From: Acutalibacteraceae bacterium | GTDB taxonomy: Bacteria; Bacillota; Clostridia; Oscillospirales; Acutalibacteraceae | Length of the DNA stretch: 64,000 nt | Assembly (NCBI GenBank): GCA_045595725.1 | Contig: JAZOAY010000007.1 | Coordinates: 595-64,594 of the forward strand | Direction of reading: 5' to 3' | Shown here: one piece after another, positions 56,270 to 64,000 of the stretch | Position numbering within the stretch: position 1 is the stretch's first letter | How the letters are laid out: each line of letters begins with the position of its first letter | Made by a program: the position numbers and the translations under genes | Notes under the pieces: generated by a model | What the model saw: the letters and a program-made list of their open reading frames with translations, nothing else | The model's database searches: none | What the model was told of the DNA's origin: nothing

Positions 56270-56335
56270 TCGCCGATTTGTAATTCTTGAGCATTAGCGA
56301 AGAATTTTGAATCGGCGATTGATATGTTTTCTTAC
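56270..56335 (+). terminator. compound hairpin plus T-rich tail after the beta-helix gene
   Basis: TCGCCGATT...AATCGGCGA outer stem (9 bp) and AATTCTT...AAGAATT inner stem, followed by TTGATATGTTTTCTT. Confidence 0.55.
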
Positions 56336-56641
56336 AGAAATATTTAGGGGTATTCGACGAAATTTTATAGTATATCAACGGCAACATCGTAGGGGAGGAT
56401 ATTCCCGTTCTGAAAAAATTGAAACCCGGATTTAATCCCAATTTTGTATTGTGTAAAAGGGAAAAGTTTTTTAGCAAAACGGAAGAGTGATTGTTTGAAT
56501 AAAAGGGCGTTGTTTATTGCGAAATGCTGAGTTGATTTTCCTTTTGATTTATGTTACAATAAAACCGCTAATACGTTGTATCGTTAATATCTTGACATAG
56601 AGGTTGTTATTAACAAAAATGAGGAAAGGTGTTGTTGTTCT

Positions 56642-58087
56642 GTGGACAGAACTTTAAAAGGCATCAAAACGCAAAATAACGTATCGTCTGTTCGATATTT
56701 TCAAGATCTTAATCCGTGGATGATTGTGGTTTTAGTGGTTGTTAATGTTCTTTTTCAACTTTCAGAAAGCGTTTCGCCTGTTTTTAAATATGCAGGAATA
56801 TGTGTTCTTTTTGCCATGTTGTTTTTTCTTGATAAAGACGATTATATTTATTTTTCGGTTTCTTTAATGAGTGTAATTAGTTTTGCAACGGTTTTCACAG
56901 TATCTGTGATTAATGTTATTACGGTCGTTTATTTTATAAGAGCATATATTTACGACAATAAATATATGCCCAAAAAAGAAAAGCGAAAATTTCCTTCGCA
57001 AATAATTATTGTGTGTGTAGTATGGATTATGTATTGCGTACAATACTTTTTTGAGGGGACAGATGGACTAAAGGCAGTTATCGTAGTTGTTAAACAGTTG
57101 TTGTTTTTGGTGTATATGGTAGATGTTTTTCGTGTTTGTAAAAGTCGAAAAGAAGTTAGAAAAAAACTTTTTACAATGGAAATATATTATGTTTTAGGCA
57201 TAATAATATCATCAATAATCAGTGTCGTTATGAATGGAAATCAGTCGTTACATAATACCAGGTTGATGTTAAACAGTGTAACGGGAGCAAATAGATACGG
57301 TCTTTTACTTGCGTTTTCAATGATTTTTATTCTGCTGGAATTTTTAAATGTAAAAAATGTTAAGGAATGGATTGTTTTGGCGGTTGCTGCAGGAATTGTT
57401 TTATATTTCTGTTTTGCGGTAAAATCAAGGAACTGCATGATTACAGTAGCCCTTTCTTTTGTTGCCACTGTATTTTATGGAATCAGCAAACCTAAAAGCA
57501 GACTATCGGCAATCATATTATTAGTGTCTGCAGTTTCGCTTTTTGTGTTAATTGTTACTGTTGGAAAAAATGCAAGAATCTATGATAACATTATGGGAAC
57601 TATTCATAGGTTTGTGAATCCCAGTGGTGAAGATATAACCAATGGAAGAACTGATTTGTGGGTAGATTATCTTAAAGCTTTTACTTCGGATATTCGTTTT
57701 TTTCTTTTGGGTAGTAGCAATAGAGATAATTTTGCTGACAAAGAGGCACATAATATTTATCTGGACATATTGACACAGTACGGTATAATAGGATTTTTTA
57801 TAGTATCTGTGGTTTACACAATGGTTTTTATTGAAATAAGCAAAGTAGTAAAGAGTTTTGGGAAAGTGAAAAGTGATTTGATTAGTTTTTTGCCTTTTTT
57901 TATGGTTTTCTTTATGGGCATAGCTTCTTCGCTAAGTTTGTTGACCACGAATCCTACGATTAATTTCTGTATGGGAGTTGCAATGATATATTCGTATCAG
58001 ATAGATGATGACAGTAATGCAGAGGAAGAAAAAGTGATAGATGAGAAAAAAACGAGAGTAAGTCTCAGAAGAAAGTTGCGTATGTAA
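56642..58087 (+). CDS. O-antigen ligase / polymerase (Wzy_C) family membrane protein
   Basis: At least 10 TM. GRTDLWVDYL...AHNIYLDILTQYGIIGFFIV motif typical of Wzy_C. GTG start is uncertain. Confidence 0.7.
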   Translation: MDRTLKGIKTQNNVSSVRYFQDLNPWMIVVLVVVNVLFQLSESVSPVFKYAGICVLFAMLFFLDKDDYIYFSVSLMSVISFATVFTVSVINVITVVYFIRAYIYDNKYMPKKEKRKFPSQIIIVCVVWIMYCVQYFFEGTDGLKAVIVVVKQLLFLVYMVDVFRVCKSRKEVRKKLFTMEIYYVLGIIISSIISVVMNGNQSLHNTRLMLNSVTGANRYGLLLAFSMIFILLEFLNVKNVKEWIVLAVAAGIVLYFCFAVKSRNCMITVALSFVATVFYGISKPKSRLSAIILLVSAVSLFVLIVTVGKNARIYDNIMGTIHRFVNPSGEDITNGRTDLWVDYLKAFTSDIRFFLLGSSNRDNFADKEAHNIYLDILTQYGIIGFFIVSVVYTMVFIEISKVVKSFGKVKSDLISFLPFFMVFFMGIASSLSLLTTNPTINFCMGVAMIYSYQIDDDSNAEEEKVIDEKKTRVSLRRKLRM

Positions 58088-58228
58088 TAACTGCACCTGA
58101 ACACCAAGTTTTTGTGTTTTTTATGTAGAAAAGGTGTTTGTATGGGATTTTAGTAAAACGATTTATAGTATATTTTAAGAACTGTTGTTTTGGCAATTTG
58201 CAAGTTGATATCGCTGATACTATAAAAT

Positions 58229-58282
58229 ATTGTTGCAGCTACGAAATTTTGTCCAACGACAATATTTCGTAGCTGCAACAAT
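58229..58282. repeat. 25-bp-stem hairpin (one mismatch, CAAC loop) between convergent genes
   Basis: ATTGTTGCAGCTACGAAATTTTGTC-CAAC-GACAATATTTCGTAGCTGCAACAAT. No adjacent T-run. Confidence 0.7.
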
Positions 58283-58317
58283 AATTATCTCCGTACGAAC
58301 ATTACTATTACAATTTG

Positions 58318-59424
58318 TTACCACCTGTTTTCCACATATTCGCAGAAGGTGAACATATCTTTTATTTCAATTTTTGTTCCGTCATCAAGGATGACATTAC
58401 CATTCCACATTCCGTAGACCTGATGACAGTTCATTCTGCCTACTTTGAAATCTACATCTGAGTGGTTGTCAAGAGTGGGGGTCATTGTCATGTTGAATCT
58501 GCCGTCCTCGGAAATAAAATTCCACGGTTCCATAAACCTGCCTTTAGGAAATGTCTCGACATCAACTGCCCCGATTTTGTGGATTTTTCCGTCATAGAAA
58601 ATACATGTCTCCGTAGCGTTTGATTCGTTGCCGATTGCCCATGTGATTTCAAAACCAAAAAGATGTTTTTCTCCGTTTTCATCAACAAGATATGTTGAAC
58701 CGCTACCCCAATACCAGACCATTTTGTGTATTGTATTTACTCTGCCCCAGTCAAGAGAACAGAAGGATTTATCTTTCGAAAATTCATACACATAGTCACC
58801 GTAAACAAATTTACCTCCGCAGGGCATACAAAGCTGTTTTGTGGTCATGAAGTATTTTGTGTCATCTTCGTCAAAGGGAAAAACGGTTGTGATACTTTCA
58901 AGACCCTCGGGAATATCCATTGAAGCGGTAACCTCAACCGGTGTTCTTTTGTAAGTGCCTTTGTACCAAAGAGTTCTTTCTTTTTCTTTTGTATTGAAAT
59001 CAAATTCGGTTTTTCCTATTTTATCTTTGAATCGGCTTGGTGCATCAGGAATTGAATGTGATACATGCCTGTTTGCACCTGCAAAATACTGAACAGAATC
59101 ACAGATTATTTCGCCTGTTTTCAGGTCAACAAGTTTAGCTGCAACGTATCCGCCGATATTGATGTTTGCAAAGCTGATGAGTATCTGCATTTTATCATCG
59201 AAGATAGTGTAGAAATCCCATTCTTTACGGCTGATAATACCTTTCTTAACAAGATTACGATCGTATTCAAAAACATTTTTTCTTGCCCAACCTTTTGCAA
59301 GTACTGTGCTGTCAGGGTTGAGCAGGGGTGTAGGCTCGGTATATTCGATCTGCTTTGATTTTTCTTTCCACTCTGTGAAAGGGATATAGGTTCTTGCCAG
59401 TTCGCTACGGCTTTTTGTATCCAT
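58318..59424 (-). CDS. DUF2804 domain protein (copy 2)
   Basis: 368 aa. It shares long near-identical blocks with copy 1 (MVWYWGSGSTYLVDENGEKHLFGFEITW, NATETC.FYDGK.HK.GA.DVETFPK). Confidence 0.7.
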   Translation of the reverse strand: MDTKSRSELARTYIPFTEWKEKSKQIEYTEPTPLLNPDSTVLAKGWARKNVFEYDRNLVKKGIISRKEWDFYTIFDDKMQILISFANINIGGYVAAKLVDLKTGEIICDSVQYFAGANRHVSHSIPDAPSRFKDKIGKTEFDFNTKEKERTLWYKGTYKRTPVEVTASMDIPEGLESITTVFPFDEDDTKYFMTTKQLCMPCGGKFVYGDYVYEFSKDKSFCSLDWGRVNTIHKMVWYWGSGSTYLVDENGEKHLFGFEITWAIGNESNATETCIFYDGKIHKIGAVDVETFPKGRFMEPWNFISEDGRFNMTMTPTLDNHSDVDFKVGRMNCHQVYGMWNGNVILDDGTKIEIKDMFTFCEYVENRW

Positions 59425-59446
59425 TTAATCAACTCCGCGTATAAGT

Positions 59447-59478
59447 AAAAATCCCGAATGCATAAACATTCGGGATTT
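59447..59478 (-). terminator. intrinsic terminator abutting the tRNA-Lys 3' end
   Basis: AAATCCCGAATG-CATAAA-CATTCGGGATTT, 12-bp stem, with a T-run on the minus strand. Confidence 0.7.
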
Positions 59479-59554
59479 TGGTGATCCATCGGAGATTCGA
59501 ACTCCGGACACCTTGATTAAAAGTCAAGTGCTCTGCCGGCTGAGCTAATGGATC
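59479..59554 (-). tRNA. tRNA-Lys (anticodon TTT)
   Basis: The reverse complement GATCCATTAGCTCAGCCGGCAGAGCACTTGACTTTTAATCAAGGTGTCCGGAGTTCGAATCTCCGATGGATCACCA folds as a cloverleaf with anticodon loop CTTTTAA. A TTGACA-17-TATAAT promoter lies upstream on the minus strand. Confidence 0.92.
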
Positions 59555-59711
59555 ATATATTTGTGCTGAACACCTTGATATTATATAGTGTTTTTCAAAA
59601 TATGTCAAGAGATTTTTTTAAAAAATTTTTTATTGGCTGATTTTTTTACATTTTAACATATTTTTACCCTTTTGAGAGAAACTATTTATGAGTTTTTTAG
59701 GAGGATATGAT

Positions 59712-60386
59712 ATGTGGATCGTACTTATCAGGACTTTTTTGCTTTATTTTATTGTAATTATGGTTGTCCGGTTTATGGGAAAACGTCAGATAGGTCAGCT
59801 TCAACCTACAGAGCTTGTGGTGACAATACTTCTTTCTGAGATTGCGGCAATCCCTTTGGAAAATGATTCCGTACCACTTATCTATTCTTTGTCGGCAGTA
59901 ATTCTTCTTGCCTGTCTTGAAATAATTTCGTCTGGAATTGCCCTCAAAAGCGGGAAATACCGCCGTGCAGTTGAAGGTAATGCGGTTTTTATTATCAAAG
60001 AAGGAAAACTCGACGCAAAAGCTGTAAAAAAACTCCGTTATTCTATTGATGATATTATGGAAGGTCTGAGACAAAAGGATGTTTTTGACATAAGTGAAGT
60101 TGAATATGCTGTTGTGGAAACAAACGGAAATCTCAGCATTCTCCTCAAATCTGATAAAATCCCTCTTACTCCTTCTGACATGGAAATGAATAAAAAAGAA
60201 AAGGGCATTCCTGCTGTTGTTGTTGCTGACGGGAAATATATTTATTCCAATTTTTCTCTTTGCAGAACCAGTGAAGAAAAAATCGGAAAACTTCTTGAAA
60301 AAGAAAAAATGACAATTGACAAGGTTATGCTTATGACACTTGATAAAACAGGGAATAAATTTATTATTCCGAAGGAGGGGGAATAA
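59712..60386 (+). CDS. DUF421 (YetF-like) membrane protein
   Basis: AGGAGG RBS. RFMGKRQIGQLQPTELVVTILLSEIAA motif. Confidence 0.8.
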   Translation: MWIVLIRTFLLYFIVIMVVRFMGKRQIGQLQPTELVVTILLSEIAAIPLENDSVPLIYSLSAVILLACLEIISSGIALKSGKYRRAVEGNAVFIIKEGKLDAKAVKKLRYSIDDIMEGLRQKDVFDISEVEYAVVETNGNLSILLKSDKIPLTPSDMEMNKKEKGIPAVVVADGKYIYSNFSLCRTSEEKIGKLLEKEKMTIDKVMLMTLDKTGNKFIIPKEGE

Positions 60387-60760
60387 TGAAAAGATTTGTT
60401 ATTGCACTTACTTTACTTGTATTTATTGCCGTAGGAAGTTTTTTTGTAACCTCTTCTGCAAAAAAAGCTATAGAAGAAACAAAAGATGCACTCCTTTCCT
60501 GTGCAATAAAAGAGGAAAACATTTCCACTAATGTTGTTGAAATCAAAACAGCTTTGAACACGTGGGACAAAAACAAAAAAATCCTGTACGTATTCATGTT
60601 TCATGACGATTTTTCAGAAACAGAAAAAAACATGATAAAACTCAGGTATCTGACAGAATTTCCCGAACCTGGTGAAATTAAACGATTAAGCCGTGAAAGT
60701 GCTATGATGCTTGACAATCTTGCGGATGCTTTTTGCGTAAGTTTTGAAAATATCTTCTGA
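60386..60760 (+). CDS. DUF4363-like small protein
   Basis: N-terminal anchor, about 124 aa. It is the usual partner downstream of DUF421 genes. Start/stop overlap. Confidence 0.6.
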   Translation: MKRFVIALTLLVFIAVGSFFVTSSAKKAIEETKDALLSCAIKEENISTNVVEIKTALNTWDKNKKILYVFMFHDDFSETEKNMIKLRYLTEFPEPGEIKRLSRESAMMLDNLADAFCVSFENIF

Positions 60761-60854
60761 ATTGTAACCTTAATATATTTTAAGTTGATTTTCATAAATG
60801 TTTGTGATATAATTATTGAGTACAAATATGCTCATTTTGAAAGGAAGTAAAGAG

Positions 60855-61541
60855 ATGACCGGAAAAAGACTTATGTCGGCACTTATTCAGCTTATACCTG
60901 TGATTTTGGTTGTTACTTTTATTTTCGGTGCAATCGGCGGATATGTAAACTATTTTATCCTCGAACCCGAATATACTGCAACAACCTCTTTCTATGTAAT
61001 GGCACCTGTTGAAGAGGAAGCCGGAGCCGATAGTAATGCTATCATTACATATTATGAAAAGCTTGCTCTCGACTACAGTGAAATTGCAAAAAGTCGAAGT
61101 ATCACAAGTGAAGTTGCCAGAAATCTCGGACTTTCAGGCGGTCTTAATGACTATAAAATAGAAGTTGCTCCTGCAGAAGAAACACGTGTGATGGAACTTA
61201 CTGTTACAGGAGAAGACTCAAACCTTGTTAAGGATATTGCAGACGAAATGGTCAAGGTGTTCACTGAAACAGTGAAACGCGTTATCGGTGCAGAAAATGT
61301 TAATGTTATCGATTACGCTTATGTTGAAAGAACCGGGCCCATGAGAGCTCAGAACACAATTCTTTTTGCTCTCGCAGGTGCTATTATTACAGTTGGTATT
61401 ATCGTTCTCAAGGAATTTGCAGATACTACTTTCAGAACTGCCCAAGAGGTTGAAGAAATGCTTGATCTGCCCGTACTTGCACAGGTAAACAGAATCAAGA
61501 GTACCCAGGGTAAAGGCAAGAAGAAAAAGGAAAGCAAATAG
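60855..61541 (+). CDS. Wzz/CpsC-type polysaccharide chain-length / kinase-modulator protein
   Basis: Two TM segments flank a periplasmic-type domain, with a basic C-terminal tail. It lies directly upstream of the BY-kinase. Confidence 0.8.
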   Translation: MTGKRLMSALIQLIPVILVVTFIFGAIGGYVNYFILEPEYTATTSFYVMAPVEEEAGADSNAIITYYEKLALDYSEIAKSRSITSEVARNLGLSGGLNDYKIEVAPAEETRVMELTVTGEDSNLVKDIADEMVKVFTETVKRVIGAENVNVIDYAYVERTGPMRAQNTILFALAGAIITVGIIVLKEFADTTFRTAQEVEEMLDLPVLAQVNRIKSTQGKGKKKKESK

Positions 61542-61578
61542 AATCAGGGTTCTGAGTTTTTGAAAGGAAGGATATTTT

Positions 61579-62454
61579 ATGGCTAAGTTTAAAGGTAAAC
61601 CCGGCTACAGTTACGGATATGGTTACGGTTATGGCTACGGTTATGGTTATTATCCGGGTGAAAGTAATAATAACAAAGTTCATGAAGCAATTAAAACCCT
61701 GAGAAGTAACATTAAATTTTCAGGTATTGATAATCCCATAAAAACAATTGTTATCACCAGTAGTATTCCCGGTGAAGGAAAAAGTACAATTTCTCATTTC
61801 CTTGCAATTGAAATGGCAAAAGCAGGTAACAAAACACTTATCGTTGAATGTGACCTCCGTCGTCCTACACAGGGTAACCTTTTCAAGGTACGACCCAAGA
61901 AGGGTCTTACCAAATATCTTTCAGGAGAATGTACTCTTGAAGAAGCGGCATCTGTCACAAATACAGAAAACCTTTATTTCCTTGATGTTGACTCAAAGGT
62001 GGTTAATCCTGTTGAACTGTTAGGTTCAGACCGTTTCAAAAGAGCAATGGAAGAAATGAAAGAAAAGTTTGATATTGTTATTTTCGACACTCTTCCTCTT
62101 GTGAGTTTCATTGAAGGTGCTCTTGTTGCTGCAAATGCAGATGCTACAATTGTGGTTGTCCGTGCAGGATATACCCCTCAGAGGGCGGTTCTTGCAAGTC
62201 TTGATCAGCTTGAAAAAGCAAATGCTAAAATAATAGGTACTGTTCTGAACGGTATTGAAGAATCAGAATCAGGTCAATATTACGGCTACCGTAAATACAG
62301 CAAATACAACGAGCGTTATCACGGAAAATATGGTTATAATTATGACAGTTATGACAGTTATTATGCGGAAATAAACGAAAAAGAAGAAAAAGAAAAAGTT
62401 GAAGAAGAAAAGCAGGATTCTCAGAAAAACAATTTCAATGATCTGATTTTATAA
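61579..62454 (+). CDS. CpsD/CapB-family tyrosine kinase (BY-kinase) with Tyr-rich tails at both ends
   Basis: Walker A SSIPGEGKST, A' LIVECDLRRP and Walker B IVIFDTLP. C-terminal Y-cluster YYGYRKYSKYNERYHGKYGYNYDSYDSYY. N-terminal GYSY(GY)6Y. Confidence 0.88.
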   Translation: MAKFKGKPGYSYGYGYGYGYGYGYYPGESNNNKVHEAIKTLRSNIKFSGIDNPIKTIVITSSIPGEGKSTISHFLAIEMAKAGNKTLIVECDLRRPTQGNLFKVRPKKGLTKYLSGECTLEEAASVTNTENLYFLDVDSKVVNPVELLGSDRFKRAMEEMKEKFDIVIFDTLPLVSFIEGALVAANADATIVVVRAGYTPQRAVLASLDQLEKANAKIIGTVLNGIEESESGQYYGYRKYSKYNERYHGKYGYNYDSYDSYYAEINEKEEKEKVEEEKQDSQKNNFNDLIL

Positions 62455-62462
62455 GACAGGCG

Positions 62463-63152
62463 GTGGAATTGTTGACGGATATTCACAGTCACATACTTTT
62501 TGGTGTAGATGATGGTGCTCCTGATTATGAAGAATCGGTAAGAATGCTCAAAGAGGCAAAAAAGGCAGGTTTTGATACAATAATTGCCACACCTCATGTA
62601 AGGCGTCCGAATTTTGACAAAGGCCCCGTAAGAGAAAGCATGGCAGCACTCAGGCCTGTAGCTGAAAGCATAGGCATAAATCTTATTCAGGGATATGAGT
62701 ACAATATTTCAGCTCTTACAGATGACGGAATTGAGGGTGCATTACGTTTTTGCACAGAGGGAACAAAAACTATTCTTCTTGAAATGAAAGGTACACGCGT
62801 TGCATCAAACTGGGAGAGAATTGTAATTCATTTTCAGCAAGAAGGAGCGGATGTAATTATTGCTCACCCTGAAAGATATGCAGATATTCATTCAGACAGT
62901 GATATGGTTTCACGTATGCTGGAAGTAGGATGTAAATTTCAGATTGATCTTGCAGTTATGTTGGAGAGAAATATATTCAATAAAGAGAAAAAATGTGCCA
63001 GAAAACTTCTTGAAAGAGGTGCAGTACGCTGGTGTTCTTCCGATGCTCACAGGGCAGAGGATTATAAATATTTTGCGCAGGCTTTTCAAAAATACGGTGA
63101 TGAATTTTTTTGTATGCCTGACAGAAACTCGTACCCGGAATTGATAAAATAA
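62463..63152 (+). CDS. CpsB/CapC-family PHP tyrosine phosphatase
   Basis: [18 protein letters not shown] and AHPERY motifs. GTG start. Confidence 0.85.
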   Translation: MELLTDIHSHILFGVDDGAPDYEESVRMLKEAKKAGFDTIIATPHVRRPNFDKGPVRESMAALRPVAESIGINLIQGYEYNISALTDDGIEGALRFCTEGTKTILLEMKGTRVASNWERIVIHFQQEGADVIIAHPERYADIHSDSDMVSRMLEVGCKFQIDLAVMLERNIFNKEKKCARKLLERGAVRWCSSDAHRAEDYKYFAQAFQKYGDEFFCMPDRNSYPELIK

Positions 63153-63174
63153 ATTGAGAAAGGATTTTCAAAAA

Positions 63175-64000
63175 ATGAGAAATCTCTATAAGAAAATCGT
63201 AAATGGTGAAGAAAAAATTTCACTGGTAGGTCTTGGTTATGTGGGAATGCCTATTGCTGTTGCTTTTGCAAAGAAAGTAAAGGTTGTGGGTTTTGATCTT
63301 AACGAGAGAAAAATAGACCTCTATAAATCCGGTGTTGATCCCACAAACGAAGTGGGTGATGAAGCTATTTCACAAACAACAGTTGACTTTACTTGCGATG
63401 AAACAAGACTTAAAGAGGCGAAATTCCATATTGTAGCAGTTCCTACACCTGTTAATAAAGATCACACACCTGACCTTACACCCGTTGAAGGTGCAAGCAG
63501 GATTGTAGGCAGAAACCTTGTGAAAGGTTCTGTTGTTGTTTACGAAAGCACAGTATATCCCGGAGTAACGGAAGATGTTTGTGTTCCCATTCTTGAAGAA
63601 GAATCGGGACTTAAATGCGGTGTTGACTTCAAGGTAGGTTACTCACCCGAAAGAATTAATCCCGGTGATAAGGAACACAGACTTGAAACAATTGTTAAAA
63701 TTGTTTCGGGTATGGACGAAGAAACACTTGAACTGGTAGCAAAAGTTTATTCGCTTGTTATTGATGCGGGTGTTTACAAAGCAGAAAGCATTAAAGTTGC
63801 TGAAGCTGCAAAAGTTATTGAAAACAGCCAGAGAGACATCAACATTGCTTTCATGAATGAGCTTTCAATCATCTTTAACAAGATGGGAATTGATACAGCG
63901 GCTGTTCTTAAGGCTGCAGGTACAAAATGGAACTTTCTCAAATTCTTCCCCGGTCTGGTAGGCGGACATTGCATTGGTGTTGATCCGTATTATCTTACAT
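63175..64000 (+). CDS. nucleotide-sugar (UDP-N-acetyl-hexosamine type) dehydrogenase, 3' end beyond the window
   Basis: The ATG at 63175 reads [31 protein letters not shown] (Rossmann GxGxxG). Later [12 protein letters not shown] carries the catalytic Cys. Open at the window edge. Confidence 0.85.
   Translation, partial: MRNLYKKIVNGEEKISLVGLGYVGMPIAVAFAKKVKVVGFDLNERKIDLYKSGVDPTNEVGDEAISQTTVDFTCDETRLKEAKFHIVAVPTPVNKDHTPDLTPVEGASRIVGRNLVKGSVVVYESTVYPGVTEDVCVPILEEESGLKCGVDFKVGYSPERINPGDKEHRLETIVKIVSGMDEETLELVAKVYSLVIDAGVYKAESIKVAEAAKVIENSQRDINIAFMNELSIIFNKMGIDTAAVLKAAGTKWNFLKFFPGLVGGHCIGVDPYYLT

Noticed and set aside
56240-56327. 10-bp direct repeat ATTGATATGT flanking the hairpin after the beta-helix gene, considered as a MITE target-site duplication
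   Set aside because: The enclosed segment has no terminal inverted repeats at its ends; the hairpin sits only at the right side. A compound terminator explains the structure more simply.
59567-59578. 10-nt match (ACACCTTGAT) between the tRNA-Lys body and sequence just upstream of the tRNA, considered as an att-site remnant
   Set aside because: It is too short to be significant. It lies on the 5' side rather than duplicating the tRNA 3' end, and no integrase is nearby.
61603-61653. (GGT TAY)n tract as a slipped-strand phase-variation switch
   Set aside because: The repeat unit is 6 nt, so changes stay in frame. Synonymous variation (ggc/gga/ggt, tac/tat) breaks DNA-level identity, so on/off frameshifting is not expected. 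It is kept only as a protein-level oddity.

Overview
This is a low-GC Firmicutes chromosome segment, class Clostridia. Sporulation genes ylbJ, yqfC, yqfD and spoIIR are present, and the many glycoside-hydrolase and beta-helix genes suggest a fibre- or glycan-degrading anaerobe. All calls come from reading motifs by eye; no database search was run.

Most of the window is ordinary core genome:
- The conserved yqfC-yqfD-phoH-ybeY-dgkA-era-yqzL-recO-mutS2 block.
- nagB, a feoA-feoB operon with its small Cys-rich partner, ispE, and the ACT/UPF0210 pair.
- tRNA-Ala(CGC) and tRNA-Lys(UUU).
- The start of a capsule/EPS locus: Wzz, a BY-kinase, the CpsB phosphatase and a nucleotide-sugar dehydrogenase.

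The most interesting observations:
1. An orphan phage-derived module at 35.9-41.8 kb sits behind a near-consensus Firmicutes LexA (Cheo) box. It holds a dual-HTH regulator, a small partner, two receptor-binding-like proteins, XkdX, two small membrane proteins and an M15 endolysin. It has no capsid, tail-tube, replication or integrase genes. It may be a domesticated SOS-triggered lysis or release cassette.
2. A second GAAC-N4-GTTC box lies just downstream of a strong promoter for an 82-aa single-pass membrane protein. This protein is a candidate SOS cell-division inhibitor.
3. A promoter, an 11-codon leader ORF (MFFIFRRRRRR) and a terminator form an attenuator-like unit upstream of a SAM methyltransferase.
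4. Two diverged DUF2804 paralogues sit in inverted orientation 13.4 kb apart.
5. Several GC-rich hairpin repeat clusters occur in intergenic regions, one with a triplicated 13-bp palindromic core spaced exactly 100 and 180 bp.
6. A BY-kinase carries an unusual N-terminal GY-repeat.
7. An MFS transporter is interrupted by an in-frame TAG at a conserved Trp position.

No CRISPR array, rRNA, transposase or integrase was seen.
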